Shown piece by piece: positions 15,091-20,000 of a DNA stretch of 20,000 bases. Numbering within the stretch: position 1 is the first letter of the stretch; each line of letters begins with the position of its first letter. The position numbers and the translations under genes are program-made. Origin of the DNA: Candidatus Woesearchaeota archaeon (GTDB lineage: Archaea > Nanobdellota > Nanobdellia > Woesearchaeales > JABGUJ01); contig JABGUJ010000004.1 of NCBI GenBank assembly GCA_018646625.1, positions 109,966 through 129,965 on the forward strand. Reading direction: 5' to 3'. The notes beneath the pieces are model-generated. The model saw only the letters and a program-made list of their open reading frames with translations. It searched no databases and was not told the DNA's origin.

Positions 15091-17430
15091 ATGGCATATG
15101 AGTTAATTATCACCGAAAAACCTTCTGCTGCAAAGAAAGTTGCTGAAAGTTTAGCGGATGGCAAGCCAATAAAGAAGAGTAATAATGGTGTTCCATATTA
15201 CGATGTAACTCGCGGTAACAGAGACATTATGGTTGCCAGTGCGGTTGGTCATCTATATACTGTAACTGAAGCAGAAAAAGGCAAGTGGACCTACCCTGTT
15301 TTTGATGTTAAATGGGAACAATCCTCCAAAGTAGATAAAAACTCAGCTTACACTTCTAAATATGTAACCACAATCAAAAAGTTAGCTAAAGAAGCTGACG
15401 AATTCACGATTGCAACTGACTATGATATCGAAGGAGAAGTCATAGGACTTAATATTCTAAAATTTGCTTGTAAAAAGAAAGACGGTAACAGAATGAAATA
15501 CAGTACCGTTACCAAACCTGACTTGATAAAAGCTTATGAAAATAAATCTAAAACACTTGATTGGGGCCAAGCAATCGCCGGCGTTACACGACATGAACTT
15601 GATTGGTATTATGGTATCAATTTAAGCCGAGCACTAACCCTTGCGGTAAAAACCACCGGCACTTTTCAATTACTAAGTTCGGGTAGAGTTCAAGGACCTG
15701 CACTAAAGGTTCTAGTTGATAAAGAAAAGGAAATCAAAGCATTTGTTCCTGATCCTTACTGGCAAGTTGAATTACACACTACGATTAAAGACGCGCCTTT
15801 AGTTGCATTACATGAAACTGATAAATTCTGGAAAAAAGAAGAATCTGAATCGGTGATGAACAATGTTAAAGGCCAAAAAGAAACTACTGTCGACAGTATT
15901 GATAGAAAACAATTTCAACAAACGCCACCATGTCCTTTCGACTTAACTACATTACAGACTGAAACTTATAGAAGTATGAGGATACAACCTAAAGATACTC
16001 TTGCTGCAGCTCAAGAACTTTACACTGCGGGATTAATTTCTTATCCCAGAACTTCATCTCAACAACTTCCACCTGAAATTGGATTCAAGAAACTGTTGGA
16101 AGCACTAAAAAAGCAAGATTACTATAAAGCATTGGCAGAAAAGCTGCTTGCAAAGAAAGATCTCAAACCAAATAATGGTAAAAAAACAGATCCAGCTCAC
16201 CCAGCAATCTATCCTACTGGACAAATTAGCAAGATTGATGATGAGCGTCAAGCAAAAGTATATGATATTATTGTAAGAAGATTCTTAGCTACATTCTCTG
16301 ATCCGGCAACTAGAGAAACTATGAAGATCATCTTTGATGTTAATTCTGAAAAGTTCTCATCAAAAGGCACCAGGACTGTAGAGAAAGGATGGCACGAATT
16401 TTATGGACATCATGTCAAGATGGATGAAAACGAGCTACCAACTGTAGTTAAAGATGACAAATTTCCAATTGTGAAGATAGATCATCTAGAAAAAGAGACA
16501 TCTCCTCCTAAGAGATATACTCCTGCCACTATTATTAAGATATTAGATTCTAAAAACTTAGGTACTAAAGCTACTCGTGCAACTATTGTTGAAAATCTCT
16601 ACAACAGAGGATATGTTGACGGTAAAAGTATGAGCGCTACAGAACTAGGAATAAGAACTTGCGAAACTTTAGAAAAATACTGTCCCGACATTCTTGATGA
16701 AGAATTAACTAGACATTTCGAAGAAGAAATGGATTTAATCCGAGAAGACAAGAAAGAAGGAGAAAATGTTCTTGATGAAGCAAGAAAGATATTAACTAAA
16801 ATACTTGATAAATTCAAATCTAAAGAAAAGCAAATTGGTGAAGAACTGGCTACTGCGACAAAAGAAACCAGAGATGAACTAAACGAGCTTGGTAAGTGTC
16901 CTAATTGTAAGGACGGTCTTCTGGGACTAAGAAGGGGAAAGTTTGGTCAATTTGCGGCTTGTAACAAATATCCTGATTGTAAAACTACATTCTCTCTGCC
17001 AGGTAATGCTTTAATCAAACCTGCAAAGAAAATGTGCGAGCACTGCAACCATCCTATGGTTTTGGTAATAAAAGCTAGACGAAGACCGCAAGAACTTTGC
17101 ATAAATCCTGATTGTAAATCTAAAGCGCTTGAAGCTGAGATTGAAAAGAAACAAGCGGCAGAGCTTGAGGCTAAACTGAAGGCAAATGGGGGTTCAAAAG
17201 ATTGCCCTAATTGTGGTAAACCTTTTGTATTAAGATCATCCTTATATGGTAAATTCTATGGTTGTTCTGGTTATCCTAAGTGTAGAACCATGATGAAGCT
17301 AACTGGTGAGATTGTAGTTAGTAAAGCTAAGAAGAAGACAACTAAGAAAAAAGTAACTAAAAAGAAAACAACCAAGAAGAAGACAACTAAGAAAAAAGTA
17401 ACTAAAAAGAAAGCTGTTTCTAAGAAATAA
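15091..17430 (+). CDS. topA: DNA topoisomerase I (type IA) with C-terminal Zn ribbons and Lys-rich tail
   Basis: TOPRIM IITEKPS and ATDYDIEGE, SSGRVQ, catalytic ISYPRT, AHPAIYPT, LGTKATR, three Cys4 Zn ribbons. TATA TTTAAATA at 15061, 30 nt upstream. Confidence 0.97.
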   Translation: MAYELIITEKPSAAKKVAESLADGKPIKKSNNGVPYYDVTRGNRDIMVASAVGHLYTVTEAEKGKWTYPVFDVKWEQSSKVDKNSAYTSKYVTTIKKLAKEADEFTIATDYDIEGEVIGLNILKFACKKKDGNRMKYSTVTKPDLIKAYENKSKTLDWGQAIAGVTRHELDWYYGINLSRALTLAVKTTGTFQLLSSGRVQGPALKVLVDKEKEIKAFVPDPYWQVELHTTIKDAPLVALHETDKFWKKEESESVMNNVKGQKETTVDSIDRKQFQQTPPCPFDLTTLQTETYRSMRIQPKDTLAAAQELYTAGLISYPRTSSQQLPPEIGFKKLLEALKKQDYYKALAEKLLAKKDLKPNNGKKTDPAHPAIYPTGQISKIDDERQAKVYDIIVRRFLATFSDPATRETMKIIFDVNSEKFSSKGTRTVEKGWHEFYGHHVKMDENELPTVVKDDKFPIVKIDHLEKETSPPKRYTPATIIKILDSKNLGTKATRATIVENLYNRGYVDGKSMSATELGIRTCETLEKYCPDILDEELTRHFEEEMDLIREDKKEGENVLDEARKILTKILDKFKSKEKQIGEELATATKETRDELNELGKCPNCKDGLLGLRRGKFGQFAACNKYPDCKTTFSLPGNALIKPAKKMCEHCNHPMVLVIKARRRPQELCINPDCKSKALEAEIEKKQAAELEAKLKANGGSKDCPNCGKPFVLRSSLYGKFYGCSGYPKCRTMMKLTGEIVVSKAKKKTTKKKVTKKKTTKKKTTKKKVTKKKAVSKK
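17329..17412 (+). repeat. Perfect 39-bp direct repeat (period 45 bp) encoding the KKK(T/V)T tail of TopA
   Basis: AAGAAGAAGACAACTAAGAAAAAAGTAACTAAAAAGAAA at 17329-17367 and 17374-17412, built from 15-bp units. Confidence 0.9.
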
Positions 17431-18049
17431 AACTTGGACAAACCTTACTCAAAACACATTCTTTGCAATTTGCCGTCGGTGCTTTACAAACGTCTCTTCC
17501 TAAACTCTTTAAAAAATGAGGTAGCTCTTTCCAGTATTCTTTAGGTAACAATGTCATTAAATCCTTCTCAATCTTCTCTGGATTCTTTTCATTAGTCCAA
17601 TGAAGTCTTTGACTTATCCTAATAACGTGTGTGTCAACTATAACTCCTTCTACAACACCAAAAGCATTCTGCATTATTGCGTTCGCTGTCTTCTTTCCAA
17701 TACCTGGAAGCTTAATTAATTCCTTAGTACTCTCTGGAACTTTACCATTATATTCTGAATCCAAGATCTCCATGGCTTTTTTGATGTTCTTTGCCTTGTT
17801 TTTATAAAAAGTAATAGAACTCGTGTACTTCTCTAACTCTTCTACGCTTGCTTCTGCATAATCTTTAGCACTTTTGAAATCTAAATAAATCTTTTTAGTT
17901 GTTGCATTCACAACTTCGTCCCTACATTGCGCAGAAAGTATCGTGGCACACACTAAATCAACTGGATTTCTAAAATCTAAGTAGTATTTTGCCTCAGAAT
18001 ACTCATTTTGAAGCATTTTCAAGATTTTCACCACATTTTCTGTTTCCAT
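17420..18049 (-). CDS. nth: Endonuclease III (HhH-GPD DNA glycosylase/AP lyase, 4Fe-4S)
   Basis: ILSAQC.D..VN, HhH LPGIGKKTAN with catalytic Lys, VDTHV, and C-x6-C-x2-C-x5-C. Confidence 0.95.
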   Translation of the reverse strand: METENVVKILKMLQNEYSEAKYYLDFRNPVDLVCATILSAQCRDEVVNATTKKIYLDFKSAKDYAEASVEELEKYTSSITFYKNKAKNIKKAMEILDSEYNGKVPESTKELIKLPGIGKKTANAIMQNAFGVVEGVIVDTHVIRISQRLHWTNEKNPEKIEKDLMTLLPKEYWKELPHFLKSLGRDVCKAPTANCKECVLSKVCPSFIS

Positions 18050-18110
18050 TAATAATTCATTAGAATTAAGCTATATTTATATCTTTCACTTGTTTTCTTG
18101 TATGTTATAC

Positions 18111-18235
18111 ATTGTAGGTATAATCTACTACAAATTAGGTATTTTCTGCCAAAATATGCTACGAAGTAGGTATTTAGACACTTATTGTATGTATTTTAGT
18201 ACACATTGTGCGTATTTTTTCAAAACCTTTATAAA
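18111..18235 (+). promoter_or_regulatory. Array of five phased direct repeats (consensus ATTGTAGGTATTTT) followed by BRE-TATA
   Basis: The GTAT core starts at 18118, 18139, 18170, 18191 and 18212 (spacing 21, 31, 21, 21). CAAAACC-TTTATAAA at 18221-18235. Confidence 0.7.
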
Positions 18236-18262
18236 GCAAAATACACTATTTCTTGCTATTTC

Positions 18263-18922
18263 ATGGCAACGCGGATAAGGTTAAAAAAAAGGGTAGATAG
18301 TAGTGCTAAGTCCAAAGCAGATAAACCTCTCTCCGTCGATCATGAACCAGTTTCTAAAAAAAATCTGGACAAAGTTGAGCTTCCTATGCAACCCCCCAGC
18401 GCGCATACTCAACAAGCTGCCGTCTACCCTTCTGATTCCTTATCATTGCTCAAATCTTTAATGAACTTAATGAAAGAACAGCAAGATCTAACTTTGCAAG
18501 ACACTATTGATCTTTACAAAGGCGCACAAACAGAATCTAAACAAGCAATTCCATTGTCGATATTCTCATCCGCGTTGAGTCCATTGGAAAGCTTGTGCAG
18601 ATATCTAAAAGATTACTCTGGATTAACCTACCGACAAATTGCTCACTTAATCAACAGAGATGAGCGAGGAATCTGGACAACCTACCAAAGATCTTTGAAG
18701 AAACTTGAGGGAGAACTTCCAATTAACAAAGAAATTCTTCTTCCTATTGACATCTTCAAAGTTCGTAATCTTAGCGTTCTTGAAGCTTTAGTAAAATATC
18801 TCGTTGACAGCTACGGCTATACTGCATACAAAGTAGCTAAGCTTCTCAACAAAAACCCAAGTGCTCTAACAACTGTTTACAAGAGAGTGCTAGAAAAGGA
18901 AGGTGACCTTTCGAGTGAATAA
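18263..18922 (+). CDS. Putative DNA-binding regulator with two tandem sigma-region-4-like HTH repeats
   Basis: Internal repeat IPLSIF..LSPLESLCRYLKDYSGLTYRQIAHLINRDERGIWTTYQR / LPIDIF...LSVLEALVKYLVDSYGYTAYKVAKLLNKNPSALTTVYKR. Start moved to ATG 18263, downstream of the TATA box. Confidence 0.75.
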   Translation: MATRIRLKKRVDSSAKSKADKPLSVDHEPVSKKNLDKVELPMQPPSAHTQQAAVYPSDSLSLLKSLMNLMKEQQDLTLQDTIDLYKGAQTESKQAIPLSIFSSALSPLESLCRYLKDYSGLTYRQIAHLINRDERGIWTTYQRSLKKLEGELPINKEILLPIDIFKVRNLSVLEALVKYLVDSYGYTAYKVAKLLNKNPSALTTVYKRVLEKEGDLSSE

Positions 18923-20000
18923 TAAAAGAGGTAATTGGAACTGGGAAAAAACAAGGGTTGCACTAGTTCTGACTTTGTTTGCTTTCATATTAGTCACTGC
19001 TACTTTGGATCTTAAGCTAACCACTTTAGCTACTTATTCCTTAGAGCAAGACTCACCTCTTTACATTAACGGCAACACTTTCCTACAACAAAATAATTAT
19101 GAGATTAATGTAGAAGATAACGAAAGCTTAATCATCTTTAACGCAAGCAACGTTTATCTAAACTGCGACAACTCTACTCTCAATGGCGACGGTAATGGCA
19201 TCGCTATTTTTAACCCAGGCTTTACTAACATCACAATAAGAAACTGTAACATAGATAACTATGAATACAGTATTTATGTTGATGGTCCTAACACCTCAGT
19301 TACTCTTGAGAACAATGATTTAGAAACAACTTACTACACTAGAGAACCAAATGTGTTAACAACCATCGAAGGTGCTTCATCATGGCATATTGTTGGAGAT
19401 CCTGGTGAATCAACTGCTGCAAACTTATACCTAACAAATGAACTAAACAACAATCTATCACTCACACTTTACATTGACAACATTGAATCTCCCGTAGGAA
19501 AAGAATTCATCTTACCGACAGATTTTATCTTTGATCAATACATAGAACTAGACGCATTACAGTCAAACACCGTGCCATTATTCTTCAACCTCCCAGTTAC
19601 AGCGGAGCCTTCCACTCATACTGCTGAATTAATGATAGAAAGCTCTGCACACAACACCACTTTACCATTAAAGATCTCCGTTCCAATACATCGTGAAGCC
19701 AACATTACTGGTTCTCTAACTTACATACCAGAAAATAGAGACATTTATCTTTATGAAAGATACTCTGACACGCCATTTGATGTTAATTTAGAATGGCAAA
19801 ACGAAGCAGATCTTGATTTATACGTATACGATTACTTCTCAATTGAAGATATTGCACATTCTGCTTCATTAATTGGCACTGAAGAATCTATTAGTATAAT
19901 CGACACGCCAGGTAGTTTATTCCTAATCACTGTAGTAAACACAAACAGCATAGACAACATAGAATATACATTATCAATAGAAGAACAACCACTGGAAGAA
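18915..20000 (+). CDS. Large secreted/surface glycoprotein (beta-helix NosD/CASH-like segment, Ig-like and PPC-like domains), partial; runs off the window end
   Basis: Not in the ORF track (no stop in window). GTG 18915 behind SD AGGTGA (18901-18906), open for 362 codons: MNNKRGNW..., TM segment VALVLTLFAFILV, NVYLNCDNSTLNGDG, NITIRNCNIDNY, LEWQNEADLDLYVYD, many N-x-S/T sequons. Confidence 0.85.
   Translation, partial: MNNKRGNWNWEKTRVALVLTLFAFILVTATLDLKLTTLATYSLEQDSPLYINGNTFLQQNNYEINVEDNESLIIFNASNVYLNCDNSTLNGDGNGIAIFNPGFTNITIRNCNIDNYEYSIYVDGPNTSVTLENNDLETTYYTREPNVLTTIEGASSWHIVGDPGESTAANLYLTNELNNNLSLTLYIDNIESPVGKEFILPTDFIFDQYIELDALQSNTVPLFFNLPVTAEPSTHTAELMIESSAHNTTLPLKISVPIHREANITGSLTYIPENRDIYLYERYSDTPFDVNLEWQNEADLDLYVYDYFSIEDIAHSASLIGTEESISIIDTPGSLFLITVVNTNSIDNIEYTLSIEEQPLEE

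Noticed and set aside
2234..16817. Antisense or shadow ORFs from the track (2234, 2253, 3178, 3865, 4557, 5087, 6391, 6580, 7802, 8506, 10283, 10956, 11552, 12587, 14063, 14388, 16599)
   Set aside because: They overlap well-supported genes on the opposite strand, have skewed composition and show no recognisable motifs.
18098..18220. Direct repeats as a degenerate CRISPR array
   Set aside because: Units are about 14 bp and imperfect with 7-17 bp gaps, far too short for repeats and spacers. Helical phasing fits protein-binding sites.
18090..18278. 62-aa plus-strand ORF and the TTG-start extension (18206) of the HTH gene
   Set aside because: Both run across the repeat array and TATA box, which are better explained as promoter DNA.
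18924..18937. 13/14 complement (AAAAGAGGTAATTG) to the candidate sRNA segment 12029-12042
   Set aside because: Lies in codons for K-R-G-N of the surface-protein leader and is low complexity, so chance is plausible. Worth rechecking only if the sRNA is confirmed.

Overview
AT-rich, gene-dense chromosomal window with archaeal expression signals (BRE/TATA boxes about 30 nt upstream of many start codons, GGTGA/GAGGTGA Shine-Dalgarno sites) and archaeal-type genes (TrmB regulator, ATPase-less Lon-type S16 protease, type IA topoisomerase). Gene content and style suggest a DPANN archaeon such as Woesearchaeota; this is an inference, not a database result. Genes: PfkB kinase (partial), solo PD-(D/E)XK RecB/Cas4-like Fe-S nuclease, a small Cys4 protein, an operon of a minimal ATP-dependent DNA ligase and an HD hydrolase, TrmB divergent from an orphan LivJ-type binding protein, a Ski2/Mtr4/HelY-type helicase, an MFS transporter, a secreted protein resembling an 8-stranded outer-membrane beta-barrel, a PLD lipoprotein, a PsbP/PPC-like lipoprotein, a degenerate TtcA/Ncs6-like protein, two pseudo-receiver proteins, an S16 protease, topA, nth, a tandem-HTH regulator and the start of a large surface glycoprotein. 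No tRNA, rRNA, CRISPR array, transposase or integrase was seen. Best leads: (1) an ~85-nt structured RNA candidate at 11999-12082 with its own promoter, a cUUCGg hairpin, alternative pairings and an anti-SD sequence, next to the pseudo-receivers; (2) an OMP-like beta-barrel under an archaeal promoter; (3) a helically phased direct-repeat array in front of the tandem-HTH/surface-protein operon; (4) a shared palindromic operator linking TrmB, the binding protein and the ligase-HD operon.
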